IMG/VR virus record: IMGVR_UViG_3300045988_076131
Coordinates: 1 to 64,000 of that record
Strand: one strand, 5' to 3'
DNA: 64,000 nucleotides
Source: a virus
The notes beneath the pieces are model-generated. The model searched no databases and had not been told where the DNA came from. It saw only the letters and a program-made list of their open reading frames with translations. How positions within the stretch are numbered: the stretch's first letter is position 1; the number at the start of each line of letters is the position of its first letter. This document shows positions 26,322 to 36,898 of the stretch, piece by piece. A program made the translations under genes and the position numbers.

Positions 26322-26939
26322 TTACACCTCCATCTTTAGCTGTGCAGGATATCCTGCCGTGATGTCGAACTTCTCCACCTCCTCGATGCTCGTCAGCTCG
26401 CTCACTGCTACCTTGTGCGCTGCCGTCACGTTAAAGCACTCGTATGCGTAGTTCTCGATGCTACGCATGAGCATTTCAGCTTGTGCGCACGGCATCGTGA
26501 AAGACATGCCCTTCATCCATATTGAGATGTTTTCCTCGCCCAACGCTACCTTGTCGGCGATATTCTGTCGCAAGCCCATGCGCTTATCGACGTTCGGAGA
26601 TGAAGGGTCGTCTTTGCTCCACGGAATAAGCATACCGTTCAGGTAAAAGCCGTTGACAGCAGAAGATTTGTCGTAAGCGTCTATCTCTGCCAATAGCATC
26701 TCCTTCGCTTCTTCGAGTGTCTTGCCCTCGTACTTCTTTTTGTTCTCGGCTCTGAGGTAGTCGCTGTATGCAACCACCTCATAATCCTGCAACTCCGCGT
26801 CTTTGGCGCAGTATATCTCACTCGTATAAGTGTCACCGCCTTTAAGTATAAATCCCTTGTCTGCCGACACCTTCACGCAGCCGTTTTTCACCTCCGTAAC
26901 GGTTACGTTGCCTTTCTTTTTCAGTTCTTCTATCTTCAT
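26322..26939 (-). CDS. DUF4376-like protein (tail-fibre associated)
   Basis: 205 aa; IDAYDKSSAVNGFYLNG...IENYAYECFNVTAAHKVAVSELTSIEEVEKFDITAGYP. Confidence 0.5.
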   Translation of the reverse strand: MKIEELKKKGNVTVTEVKNGCVKVSADKGFILKGGDTYTSEIYCAKDAELQDYEVVAYSDYLRAENKKKYEGKTLEEAKEMLLAEIDAYDKSSAVNGFYLNGMLIPWSKDDPSSPNVDKRMGLRQNIADKVALGEENISIWMKGMSFTMPCAQAEMLMRSIENYAYECFNVTAAHKVAVSELTSIEEVEKFDITAGYPAQLKMEV

Positions 26940-26946
26940 ATCTTTT

Positions 26947-29913
26947 TCAAGCTATAATATATCCCTTTGCCGTCATTGCTGCGATGTCATCCTCCGAAAG
27001 CACTGCCTTTGTTTGTTTACTAAGTGTTAACGTAAAGTCCGGCAAGCCGTTTGCCTTGCGGTCGTAAGAATTTACAACGAGGCTTTCCTTGACAGAAGCA
27101 TCCGTCCATGTAGTAAAGTATAAACTTGCTTTAGTTGCTGGGCATTTAAAGAATCCAGTACCTAATTTCAACGTTTTGGGTATAAAGTTGTATTGACCGA
27201 GATAGTCAATGTTTTTGCAACTCTCAAGATTCCAGCCGCTTAAATCCAAACTCCGCAACGAGGAGCATCCGTAGAATATTTGGTTCATGCTTGCAACTTT
27301 GCTCACATCCCAACCCTCAATGTTCAAACTCTGCAACGAGGAACAAGAAGCAAACATTCCGTACATGTCTGTAACCTTGCTCACATCCCAACCCTCAATG
27401 TTCAAACTCTGCAACGAGGAGCAACCAGAAAACATTCGTTTCAGTGTGACGTTCTTACTGATGCCAAGATTATTGAGGGTTAATGACGATATTTTGTTAC
27501 AGCCTTGAAAAAGTCCTTGAGCATTTCCTTCTTTAAAATAAGATAGTCTTATCGCTGATGTCAAATGAGACAAGTCTGCCCATAACAATGGGATGAACGA
27601 ACCATACTGCTTACCTCCAAATTGAAGTTGTTGTTTGGGGTATAGACGGGTTCTTGTCTTGCCTTTTATGATTACTGCTTTGTAATCTACATACACCGTC
27701 GTATCTGCCAAAAACAAGACATCTACCCAGTTTCCGTGCAGCTCGTCTATCTTCTTTCGTGTCTCGTCCTCCATCTGCGACAGGTTGCCCAGCTGCGTTG
27801 ATACGCTCGCCAGCACGCCATCTCTTGTAACCTTCATCGTCAAGTCTGCCACGCCCACCTTGTAGCTGACTACCACCTTTATAGCGGAGTTGCCCTTGAA
27901 GTGACTCATGTATCGACAGTAGCCGTCCTTCGGAAGCTCCGCGTCTGCGTTAAGACTAACGAGCGGCGAGTATGTGCCCACCTTTGTTTCGTACACCATA
28001 GGCAGAGCGTCTACCGCAGCGCCCGTCTCATCAGTAATGGCAAAGCTCTTGTCCTCGGCGTAGGTGTATGTGTATGTGTGTGTCGCGCCAAGATACGTAG
28101 CCGTCGCTGTTGCCGTTGTGCCGTCGGAGTTGTATGTGTATGTGTAATCAATACCGCGCGTCTCCACGCTCTGTATATACTCCGCAAAGATGCACACGCT
28201 TTCATCTATCACGTTCGGCTTGAACAGATATACGTTGCCCTTCTCCGCAGTAAACTCCGCAATAGCCCAGCCGCTCTTGTTTACCTTCGCACCGCTTGCC
28301 GATATAGCCTTGTTCGTCTCCTTCGCCGTCAGCACGATGTCTGGTCTGTCCGTGTATGCACCCATTGTTTCCGACAGGTGTTTCACCTCGCTCACCACGT
28401 CGCCCACCTCGGCATATCTTGCCAGTTGCAGTGATGTGCTCTCTCCCTTGCGGTTTGTGACGGTCAGAACATCGTTAGCGAGGGTAGCATCCACATTCTC
28501 TGCTGCCACTACCGCCGCGTTTGCTTTCTCTGCCGAAGAATTGGCTTTGGAGGTAGCAAGAGTGGCTTCACTTGCGGCATCAGAGGCTTTCTTTGTCGCT
28601 GCCTCGCAGTTCGCCTTAGTGGTTGCGAGGGTGGCTTCGCGCTGTTCTTCGGCTGAAACACGGGATGCTTCCGCAGCGATTCGGGTCTCTTCCGCTTTCT
28701 TACGCTGTGTTTCCGCCGTCTTTCTTTCCGTCTCGTTAGTCTTGCGTTCCTGCTCGTCGGCTTCACGTTCATTCTCTGCTGTCTGACGTGCCGTTTCTCC
28801 GTTGACTCGCTCTGATTCTGCCGTCTTTCGAGCGTCCTCGTTGCTCATGCGCTCTGTTTCTGCTGACACACGCTGCTGTTCTGCTGCAACTCTATCACTT
28901 TCGGACACCTTGCGTGCGCTCTCGTTACCTGCTCTTTCTGCCTCCGCAGTCTGACGCACCGATTCCGCAGCCTCCCTCGCTGTTTCTTGGCGTACACGCT
29001 CGGTTTCAGCCCCCAGTCGTGTGTTCTCGTTCTGCTTGCGTGTAGCTTCCGCGTCGGCACGCAGATTTTCGGCTTCTGCACGCTTACCCTCCTCCGCATT
29101 TGCCTTGTCGGTAGCCGTGTTTGCTGCACTTGCTGCACTGTTCGCCTTGCTGACGGCTGCGTCAATGTTTACTGAAAGCTCCGCAAAGGTTGTTGCTCTC
29201 TGCTTTTCAGCTGCTACACGGGCGGTTTCGTTTGCGGTACGTACCCTTTCCGCTTCCACACGTCCAACTTCAGCATTGGCGCGCTGCACCTCTGTTGCCT
29301 TTCGTGCATCTTCGTTGCTCACGCGTTCGACTTCCGCTGCATGGCGAACACCCTCACTCTCGCTGCGCTTGTTTTCTGCTGACACACGAGCGACTTCTGC
29401 CGATGCTCGCTGCTGTTCAGCCTCCGTGCGTTCGCTCTCGTTAGCCTTGAGCGTTGCGTCCGTCTGCTTAGCCGTTTCAATAGCCGTGTTTGCGTCGGTT
29501 ATGAGCTGTGTCAGTTCTGCCGTCGGAGGCAGGATAACAAGCGCCGTGTTCATCTCCACCGAGTCCTCGCCCTCGATAAGCTCGCCGTTGAACGCTGTGT
29601 CGCCCGAAGCGTTGTTATCTACGATGGCGAACTGCTCGTACTCCTTGCTGCGCCAGTCGTTGCCGAAAATCTTACCTCGGACTTCGAGGGCGTATGTACC
29701 CACCGATACGGCGTCGCCCTCGACGCGCGCATTGAGGATATTGTCCTCCGTCGTGTCGATAGCGTAGCTCAGAGCCACACGCCGATACTGGTTTACGATA
29801 TTTACAACGATGTCCGTGCAGGCAGGCAGCGGAAAAGCCACCTGCTCGCCGTTCACTATTTTGCATATTGGTATGCGCAGAGTGAAGTCATTACCTCTAA
29901 CTATTTTCTTCAT
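26947..29913 (-). CDS. tail fibre / receptor-binding protein with long coiled coil and C-terminal BspA-type leucine-rich repeats
   Basis: 988 aa; about 330 aa of AExxRxxAExxR-type repeats; C-terminus LQSLNIEGWDVSKVTDMYGMFASCSSLQSLNIEGWDVSKV...LRSLDLSGWNL. Confidence 0.7.
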   Translation of the reverse strand: MKKIVRGNDFTLRIPICKIVNGEQVAFPLPACTDIVVNIVNQYRRVALSYAIDTTEDNILNARVEGDAVSVGTYALEVRGKIFGNDWRSKEYEQFAIVDNNASGDTAFNGELIEGEDSVEMNTALVILPPTAELTQLITDANTAIETAKQTDATLKANESERTEAEQQRASAEVARVSAENKRSESEGVRHAAEVERVSNEDARKATEVQRANAEVGRVEAERVRTANETARVAAEKQRATTFAELSVNIDAAVSKANSAASAANTATDKANAEEGKRAEAENLRADAEATRKQNENTRLGAETERVRQETAREAAESVRQTAEAERAGNESARKVSESDRVAAEQQRVSAETERMSNEDARKTAESERVNGETARQTAENEREADEQERKTNETERKTAETQRKKAEETRIAAEASRVSAEEQREATLATTKANCEAATKKASDAASEATLATSKANSSAEKANAAVVAAENVDATLANDVLTVTNRKGESTSLQLARYAEVGDVVSEVKHLSETMGAYTDRPDIVLTAKETNKAISASGAKVNKSGWAIAEFTAEKGNVYLFKPNVIDESVCIFAEYIQSVETRGIDYTYTYNSDGTTATATATYLGATHTYTYTYAEDKSFAITDETGAAVDALPMVYETKVGTYSPLVSLNADAELPKDGYCRYMSHFKGNSAIKVVVSYKVGVADLTMKVTRDGVLASVSTQLGNLSQMEDETRKKIDELHGNWVDVLFLADTTVYVDYKAVIIKGKTRTRLYPKQQLQFGGKQYGSFIPLLWADLSHLTSAIRLSYFKEGNAQGLFQGCNKISSLTLNNLGISKNVTLKRMFSGCSSLQSLNIEGWDVSKVTDMYGMFASCSSLQSLNIEGWDVSKVASMNQIFYGCSSLRSLDLSGWNLESCKNIDYLGQYNFIPKTLKLGTGFFKCPATKASLYFTTWTDASVKESLVVNSYDRKANGLPDFTLTLSKQTKAVLSEDDIAAMTAKGYIIA
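27283..27438. repeat. two near-identical 78-bp tandem units encoding LRR repeats
   Basis: TTGCTCACATCCCAACCCTCAATGTTCAAACTCTGCAACGAGGA occurs twice, 78 bp apart. Confidence 0.9.
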
Positions 29914-29916
29914 ATT

Positions 29917-32900
29917 CTATTCTTTTGGTTGTTCTTCTTCTGTTGTGGTTATAGGCTCGTCAGCAGTACCTGTCGGGTCGGACTCGCTTTCAAGTGCAGG
30001 GTTAAAAAACGGTAACTGTCTGCCGTTCCATACCACAGTGCAACTATTCTGGCCTTTATTGACAACGCAGGTTATCATCGCGCCTTGGCCTCTTTCAAAA
30101 TATTTGCTGGCATGGTCGAAATCCATACTCGTATATCCGATTGTAGTCATTTCTGTATCGCTATCATTGACAACAATAATGGTCTGTCCGACATACGCCA
30201 TAGCCTCGTAAACCGTCTTTGTGCTCAGTTTGCCCCAGTTTGTATGGTTGGGCATGTAGAAAGGTGGAACAATAACAACATCAGCCTTAGTCATCGCCTT
30301 TATGTTACCCGTAAACTTCACAAAGCAGCCGGTCTTCTCGAAGTCAATCTGAATATTTCCGAGAGCCAGTGCCGGCACGTCTGTAACGTACTCCTTTAGG
30401 TTTTCAGGGGTAATCTCCGTCATCTTTTTGCGGATAAGCCCCGAGAATACGCCTGCGCCAACCTCAAGCATGCCATTCTCGTTCACGCTCGCCGTCACTT
30501 CTCCGCTGTTGTTCTTGACCATGAACTTGTTAGCCGTCGCCGTGATGGTGTCGTCCTCAAGGTCGATACCTGCTTTTTTCAGCCCCGACTCAAGTTTGCC
30601 TGCTTCCGTCTTGTCGTAGGGCGATAAGCTCCAGCCTCCGTATTCCGTGCCCTCCATTATCATCGGGCGGCACACGTCGATAGCGCCGTTTCTGCGCACG
30701 GCAAGTTCAAGCAACAGCTTCGTGCAGCCGTCGGGCACGGTAAACGTCGCAGTAAAGAGCTTCCAGCCACCTATATTCAGATAGATATTGCCCGACTTGA
30801 CAACAGCACCTTCCGTACCGCCGTCAAAGCGCTTGATAGAGTAGTAAGCACCGTTATCAAAAAGACTGACAATCTTCGCCCATACACTGAATACGTACGT
30901 CTTGCCAGCCGACACACGCACATCCTTAAAGTACAGACCTGTGTATGTGTCCGCTGTAGCGCCCGACGCACTGAACGTTGCGTAGTTTGAGCCGCCAACA
31001 CCCCCACCGCTTGTTATCTCCACCTTTTGCGAGTGAGCGGCTGCTATCTTTGTGATTTCATCCCACGGACGCAGCGCAGAGCCGACGATGCTGTTCTTTA
31101 GGTTCGTGGTCGTTTCAACCTGTAGAGAGATTTTGTCAGCGTTCTGCTCAACCTTCGAAATTCTGTTCTCCAGCTCCTGCTTGTTCGCAGACACTGTAGA
31201 AGTCAGTCCGTCTACGTTTGCCACAATCTCTGCAAGCGTCGTTTCCTTTGTTGTGTCGCCATCCTTCACTTTGAGTTTGAACATTGACGCAAGCGCATAA
31301 ATCTCGTCGCGTGACACCACGAATATCTCCTTGCCGTCGAGCGTATAGTCGTTCACGCCCTTGTACAGCTTGATTGACGGAGAATCAGAGCCGTAAGCCG
31401 AGAGGTAGAGCACCGACTGACGCGCCACATCGGTTGTATTGCCCATCTGAACAAGCTCATCGCCTACTTCGGGCTGTGAGTCGCCGTAGTTACCTCCCGA
31501 CAAGGCGAGGATGTCGATGTAGTCCGTACCAATCAGCATCACTCTGCGCCAATAATATTTGTTCTTTGCGTTCGCCGTCGTGCCCTCCTTTATGTTGAAC
31601 GTCTGGCAGCGCACAAGGTCGTTGACAGCAAACGGGTTTGTTATCTCCTCGTCGCCTCGCTTCGTTAAAAACGAACAACGGTAGACATCGTATCGCAAGG
31701 GCGTCGGTCCGTATTCGGGTAGCAACGTGCCCTTTTTCAAGAAGTCCACCTTACTGATCTTCATCGACGCAGGCGACAGGACTACCTCGCCGCCGACACT
31801 TTGCAGCTCTCTAATTACGAGCTTCACGAACTCCGCTGCCTTGCGCACAAGCAGACGGTCTACCTCCAGGTAGCTATCACCACCTCCGTTGTAATCGCCA
31901 AGTTTAAAGCCAGAGCCGTTTGCGCCAGACTTAAAGATTTGAGAGACGAGTTCTTTAAATATCGCCACACCTTCAGGAGTTACCCGATGTGTGCCATCGC
32001 CGAACGTCAGTCCTTTTTCAAAGTTTATAAGTTCTTGTGCTGTATCTCTTTTTACCTTAGAGAGGTACATTTTATCTGCAACAGACGCATTAAAACTATT
32101 ACCACCGGTTGAAATATTGCCCAGCCCCCTCACGACTTCTCCTTCTACAGACTGAATTATCTGCTTGATGTCGCTTTGCCCTGCTTCGAGGGAATTAACG
32201 AGTTCTACCTCCGCGCTTACAAGGGCATTATCATCAATCTTTACCTGATAGTTGCTTACAAAAGCATCTACAAGCTCGTTGTTGTATTTTATTGTGAGCT
32301 TTGTGTTCTCGTTGAGCATCGCGGCAAAGTCGGGATTCTCCTGCAGGAATATACGCGAGAATTTAACGGAATAACTGAACTTATCTTCGTTGTTCTCGCT
32401 CATGTGTTTAATAAGGGCCTCGTCGAGTCGTCTTTCTGCTGCCGTTATCAACACTGACGGCGCTTTTATACCGGTTATAACAAACTTGTCACCCTGCTTT
32501 GGTTTGAAGCCAGCCGACGCATTAGGCATGACAACTCCGAGCGTAGAGGTCTCCTTTTGGACCGCAATCCATATTTCTTTCGTTTGAGAATTTTGATTAA
32601 GCGTGTCGGACTTAATGTCACTTTCCTGCATTATGTAGTCCTGAAAATCTTCTCTAACGGCTTTTAGGTTGCCGTTTTTATCGACGCTCACTGGATTGTA
32701 GCAGATATTGTTTGCCTTATCCCAGTAGCACATTATCGGGAAAGAGCACGCAGGGCATCCATGACACTCAATCATTTCTATCTTTCCGGTTTCGCTTTCA
32801 AGAGCGTGTTTGAACAAGTCAAAGCCGAACTCACCGCTAAACTTATGGAGCTTGATGTAGAAATACGGATGCAGGAGGTTACTATTCTCGTCTTTCGCGT

Positions 32901-34830
32901 CGCTATCAGCCTTATCAAATGCCACATCTGCGATTTCTCCGAAAAGCTGACCGAGGCCATCCGTCTGAATTAAGTCGTTGCGTATTCCTTTAATGGTCGG
33001 CTTAATATCGTCAAATGTTACATACCCTTGATGTGGATTTTTGTCCTTGTATGGGTTGTTGAAATGATACAGACTATCAGTGCCAGGTATTGTGTAAATC
33101 TCTTTCTGGTCGTCGCTTGGGGAGTTGGTCGCATAGTAAAAGCGCTCCGCTCCTCCGCTTTTTCTGTAAATAGACGGCATGAGGTTCGCGGACGGATATA
33201 TCCATGTACGACCTGTTACCATGACGGACACTGCCTTTGTCGTATCGTTTCTTGTTATTTTAGCAAAGGTGTAATTCCCCTTTTCGTCCTTAGTAAAGTT
33301 GTATTCAAACGATATTGCGGCGGCGCTTGACAAACCTTCTATCTCTATTCCGCATTTGTCATAAGATGCACTTTTATCCCCGTCGTAAACCCATATATAT
33401 TCGGATTTGGGGGCGTATGAAAACTTTACAGAGCCAAGCGCGGACATATCGAAATACGACCTGTCTGCTTGGTGATACACACCCTGCGAGTCTTTCCAGC
33501 TTTTGCTTTTGTAAGAGTACAAAAAATCCAAATGTAGCGTATAATCGCCGTCTTCTTTAAACTCGTGTATACAAGTTGTTCCGACTGTCTGCCCTTTAGA
33601 GATACTTTTATCTTCGCTATTTGTGTTTACGTTATCTCGTAGATAAATATCACGGACAACCTCCTTGGAATCGTAAACAAGCCCTTTGTGATATTCGTTG
33701 GCCCAATCGTTATAAGCGAACCCAACTCCAACACTGGTTAGGTCAATAACCATTCCTTTTTTGGCGAGTATTCTCACTTGGTAGTGGGTAGTAATAGAAC
33801 ACTTGTCGCTCCCAATAGTGGACGAATATCCTCCTGTGTACGAGAGTCCTGATGTAAGAATTTCACCTTTATATACACCGTCTTCTTTGCCTTTGTACAA
33901 TGTAAGTTTCTTCTTGTCTCCAGTGCCAACAACTCCCCAATATTTCGATAACACAACGGACACCTTGTCATTGTCGATATTTTCCACATTGAATACGGCT
34001 TTTCCATACTCATCGGTATTCGGATAGTAATACGGTATATTGTCAGACGAACCGCACCCTGTAATCACATCTATTGCCTTGTTGTTAGTGTTGTTGCGCT
34101 GTATAGACATTAAAGCTGCGTCGCTGCCGTATTGCAGAACGTACTGACTTCCATAATTTCCGCTTGTACTTAAATCATGCTGCACGCTGCCCACGTGGCA
34201 CACCTTGCCAACCCAGTAATAATCAAGCTCAAATGTTGTTTTTATAAGCTGAATAACAGCTGATAAATACTGCGACTCAAAGGATAATTCTTTTATTTCA
34301 TCCGTACCATAACCTTCGTCTACTACAATGCAATAGCCATCAACTCCGTTTTTGTCATAAAGTCCACAGTAAGCCATACTGTTGTTTATGCGACTAACAA
34401 ACTCGCCAATGTCGCCACCAAACGAGAATTTAGTTTGATTGGAACGGTACTTGTCTCCTCCGTTCGTGTCGTTAGGGTCCTGCGATACGACATCAAAAAA
34501 CAAAGTGTTATCTAAGACCTCTCTTTTGGAAATAAAAGAAGCCTCGTGTTTGTATAATCCCGATGTGCTATCTTTGATTGAAGACGGAATAGATGTTGCA
34601 TAATATCTCTCGCCGTCAAACTCCACATACTCTTCGCGAGACCACTCTTTATCGAGAGGGCGCGAGAAATAGAATGACGCAGAAATAGACGGAGCTCCAC
34701 CTTCGCGATTACGGCTGTTTGTGTAGCTCTTGATACAGGCAAAATCTGCGTCAGACGGAAACAGATGTGTCTCCATAACTCCGTCTTTCGCCGTCTTGTC
34801 TATCTTTATGTATAATGCTTCCGCTTTCAT
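29917..34830 (-). CDS. large virion tail / host-recognition protein (1637 aa)
   Basis: size, position upstream of the fibre gene, and a C-terminal jelly-roll/CBM-like segment (TYVFSVWAKI...GWKLFTATFTVP). Confidence 0.55.
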   Translation of the reverse strand: MKAEALYIKIDKTAKDGVMETHLFPSDADFACIKSYTNSRNREGGAPSISASFYFSRPLDKEWSREEYVEFDGERYYATSIPSSIKDSTSGLYKHEASFISKREVLDNTLFFDVVSQDPNDTNGGDKYRSNQTKFSFGGDIGEFVSRINNSMAYCGLYDKNGVDGYCIVVDEGYGTDEIKELSFESQYLSAVIQLIKTTFELDYYWVGKVCHVGSVQHDLSTSGNYGSQYVLQYGSDAALMSIQRNNTNNKAIDVITGCGSSDNIPYYYPNTDEYGKAVFNVENIDNDKVSVVLSKYWGVVGTGDKKKLTLYKGKEDGVYKGEILTSGLSYTGGYSSTIGSDKCSITTHYQVRILAKKGMVIDLTSVGVGFAYNDWANEYHKGLVYDSKEVVRDIYLRDNVNTNSEDKSISKGQTVGTTCIHEFKEDGDYTLHLDFLYSYKSKSWKDSQGVYHQADRSYFDMSALGSVKFSYAPKSEYIWVYDGDKSASYDKCGIEIEGLSSAAAISFEYNFTKDEKGNYTFAKITRNDTTKAVSVMVTGRTWIYPSANLMPSIYRKSGGAERFYYATNSPSDDQKEIYTIPGTDSLYHFNNPYKDKNPHQGYVTFDDIKPTIKGIRNDLIQTDGLGQLFGEIADVAFDKADSDAKDENSNLLHPYFYIKLHKFSGEFGFDLFKHALESETGKIEMIECHGCPACSFPIMCYWDKANNICYNPVSVDKNGNLKAVREDFQDYIMQESDIKSDTLNQNSQTKEIWIAVQKETSTLGVVMPNASAGFKPKQGDKFVITGIKAPSVLITAAERRLDEALIKHMSENNEDKFSYSVKFSRIFLQENPDFAAMLNENTKLTIKYNNELVDAFVSNYQVKIDDNALVSAEVELVNSLEAGQSDIKQIIQSVEGEVVRGLGNISTGGNSFNASVADKMYLSKVKRDTAQELINFEKGLTFGDGTHRVTPEGVAIFKELVSQIFKSGANGSGFKLGDYNGGGDSYLEVDRLLVRKAAEFVKLVIRELQSVGGEVVLSPASMKISKVDFLKKGTLLPEYGPTPLRYDVYRCSFLTKRGDEEITNPFAVNDLVRCQTFNIKEGTTANAKNKYYWRRVMLIGTDYIDILALSGGNYGDSQPEVGDELVQMGNTTDVARQSVLYLSAYGSDSPSIKLYKGVNDYTLDGKEIFVVSRDEIYALASMFKLKVKDGDTTKETTLAEIVANVDGLTSTVSANKQELENRISKVEQNADKISLQVETTTNLKNSIVGSALRPWDEITKIAAAHSQKVEITSGGGVGGSNYATFSASGATADTYTGLYFKDVRVSAGKTYVFSVWAKIVSLFDNGAYYSIKRFDGGTEGAVVKSGNIYLNIGGWKLFTATFTVPDGCTKLLLELAVRRNGAIDVCRPMIMEGTEYGGWSLSPYDKTEAGKLESGLKKAGIDLEDDTITATANKFMVKNNSGEVTASVNENGMLEVGAGVFSGLIRKKMTEITPENLKEYVTDVPALALGNIQIDFEKTGCFVKFTGNIKAMTKADVVIVPPFYMPNHTNWGKLSTKTVYEAMAYVGQTIIVVNDSDTEMTTIGYTSMDFDHASKYFERGQGAMITCVVNKGQNSCTVVWNGRQLPFFNPALESESDPTGTADEPITTTEEEQPKE

Positions 34831-34853
34831 CTTATTATATGTTTATTTTCGTG

Positions 34854-36362
34854 TTATTCCCCTACGCTTCCGTTTGCCGGTTCGTTCTCATTATCAAGTC
34901 GTATTTCTTCGTCGGGTGTTGATACCGTGTTCTTCTCGATGCCGGTCTTAGTTGAAATTAATCCTGCACCCTTTAGCGTACAAAGCATCTGATTCCATGC
35001 CGCTTCGTCAAATGGCTGCCAAGGCTTAAACGATGCACTTACTTTCATTTTTGCAAATTCAGTAATAGCATTTGGATTCTCGCCGTTCGCCACAAGCTGT
35101 TTTGCAAGACCCTCCTTAAACAGACGGACGTGTTTGCTTACAAAGTTCTGCCACTCGATAACAGCGTTTGCCGTGCGCTCTATATCCAATGATCGCGTCA
35201 TCTGAATCGCGAGTCCGCTAATATCTCCACTTGACTTTACATCTTTTGGAAGAATAAATGTCACGCCACAGCCAATCTGTATCTGGTCAAGAATTGTTTG
35301 CATAAACTCAATCATGCCTTGAGGAGAAGGAGGTGTCTTAAACTCCGCAGAACCCTTGCCGTCAAGCGTAGTATCATTGAGGATTATTGAGCCTGCAATT
35401 TTCTTCGCTGTTTCGTTAAAACGTCCTTTGATGTAGAGAATACCCCAACCATGACGTTTTTGTATTACTGCAAACAGGTTGAAGATTATCTCGAAAAGTT
35501 CAATCAAATCCTGCACCTTATTCCACGCTACATCACCGCGCTTTGTGGTTAGCGGACTTTCAGAGAAGCCATGTTTCTCTGAATACGCCATGCGCCACTC
35601 GCCTGTTTCTGTTGTGCCGGAGCCGTTTCCTGCTGTCACATCCTCAACAACCTCATCGGTAAAGTGGTAGTGAGATGTATTATCGTAAGCGTCAATATGT
35701 CTTGAGCCGTCTTCTGTCTGATAATAGACACAATCAAGCAGAGGTTCTCCGTTGTCGTCTTTATGTGTGATTATTTGATAACCATCCACATAAGAAAACA
35801 ATCGACTTCTAACCTCGTTATTTTCGTTCATATATGTCAGCAGACCAGTATCGCCATAACTTAACTGTGTCGCAACAGCGAGCATCTCTGCACCGTCCTG
35901 GTTGCTATTCTCCCAATGCCACTTCAAATCCGCGAAATTCTTTTTCAGGGTTTCACTCGGGTTACTATCGTGAAGCACAAAGACACGTTTGTTGCCACAA
36001 AGAGAAAGGGCGCATTTCTCCACTATTCGCGCCTGTAGTGCGATGCCGAATTTTTTAAAATCAATTTCAACATATCCACCATTCTTGCCCTGTTGCTTAA
36101 CGCAGATGCTTGGCAGATTCTCGTCGAAGATTACACTGTGACAGTTAGGATCGAGTTCTTTAACAAATCGCTCCTGGCTTACAACCGTCATTTTAACGTT
36201 TGGTAATTTTGCCTCCATGCGGCTGTTCGTGCATACGGCCTTTCCGTCACGACTATCATTTACCGAAGGTGTGTCGCAACCGCGTAAAAACGGCTTCTTG
36301 AACAACATCTTTTCGGGATGCGTCAGGAAATCTGAAATTATATCTTCTCTACGTCTGCTCAT
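34854..36362 (-). CDS. portal protein (SPP1-like)
   Basis: 502 aa, one gene downstream of TerL; GDISGLAIQMTRSLDIERTANAVIEWQ region resembles portal core helices. Confidence 0.55.
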   Translation of the reverse strand: MSRRREDIISDFLTHPEKMLFKKPFLRGCDTPSVNDSRDGKAVCTNSRMEAKLPNVKMTVVSQERFVKELDPNCHSVIFDENLPSICVKQQGKNGGYVEIDFKKFGIALQARIVEKCALSLCGNKRVFVLHDSNPSETLKKNFADLKWHWENSNQDGAEMLAVATQLSYGDTGLLTYMNENNEVRSRLFSYVDGYQIITHKDDNGEPLLDCVYYQTEDGSRHIDAYDNTSHYHFTDEVVEDVTAGNGSGTTETGEWRMAYSEKHGFSESPLTTKRGDVAWNKVQDLIELFEIIFNLFAVIQKRHGWGILYIKGRFNETAKKIAGSIILNDTTLDGKGSAEFKTPPSPQGMIEFMQTILDQIQIGCGVTFILPKDVKSSGDISGLAIQMTRSLDIERTANAVIEWQNFVSKHVRLFKEGLAKQLVANGENPNAITEFAKMKVSASFKPWQPFDEAAWNQMLCTLKGAGLISTKTGIEKNTVSTPDEEIRLDNENEPANGSVGE

Positions 36363-36888
36363 TTTCTTTTACTTCTTTAAGTTGGTAATGTTTCATGCAC
36401 GCCGTCTTGGATGGCCAAAAGTTACATTCTCTGTTTGTGTGTGGGCAAACAATATCATGTTTACTCGGTACGATGATTATACGCTTCTGCTTCTGCGTCT
36501 CCTCCATTTCAAACTTATCGTTAAGTTTCACACGAAGGTCGCCTTCCATTTTTAATGCGTCTTTTATATCTATCGCCTTGCTTTCGCCAAGCATCTGAAC
36601 TCGCTCCAACAACTTTATAAGGTCGTTTTTGTTTTGTTCTTTAGTTATAGCTGCAACGTTTACTACTCCTACGCCGAACGGCTCTAAGGCTACAAGCATC
36701 TTCTTAAAGCGCGGTGTTTCGTAAAGAGCATCTCCGTCACCCTTCTTGCCGTAAGCAATGCGGTATGCAAAATTCTTGTCCTCGAACGTATCGCAAAGTG
36801 CAGCAAAGGCGACATCTTCTGCTGTCACCTTAGACCACTCTCCTCGCACGGAGTCAAGTATTATTTTTATATCGTCTGTTTTAATCAT
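36349..36888 (-). CDS. hypothetical protein between TerL and portal
   Basis: 179-aa ORF. Confidence 0.6.
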   Translation of the reverse strand: MIKTDDIKIILDSVRGEWSKVTAEDVAFAALCDTFEDKNFAYRIAYGKKGDGDALYETPRFKKMLVALEPFGVGVVNVAAITKEQNKNDLIKLLERVQMLGESKAIDIKDALKMEGDLRVKLNDKFEMEETQKQKRIIIVPSKHDIVCPHTNRECNFWPSKTACMKHYQLKEVKENEQT

Positions 36889-36898
36889 ATCTTATCAT

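Noticed and set aside
28190-29767. Long + strand ORFs (198 and 248 aa) rich in S/A/R/L
   Set aside because: They are antisense to the 988-aa fibre gene within its A/E/R repeat and have the low-complexity composition typical of shadow ORFs.
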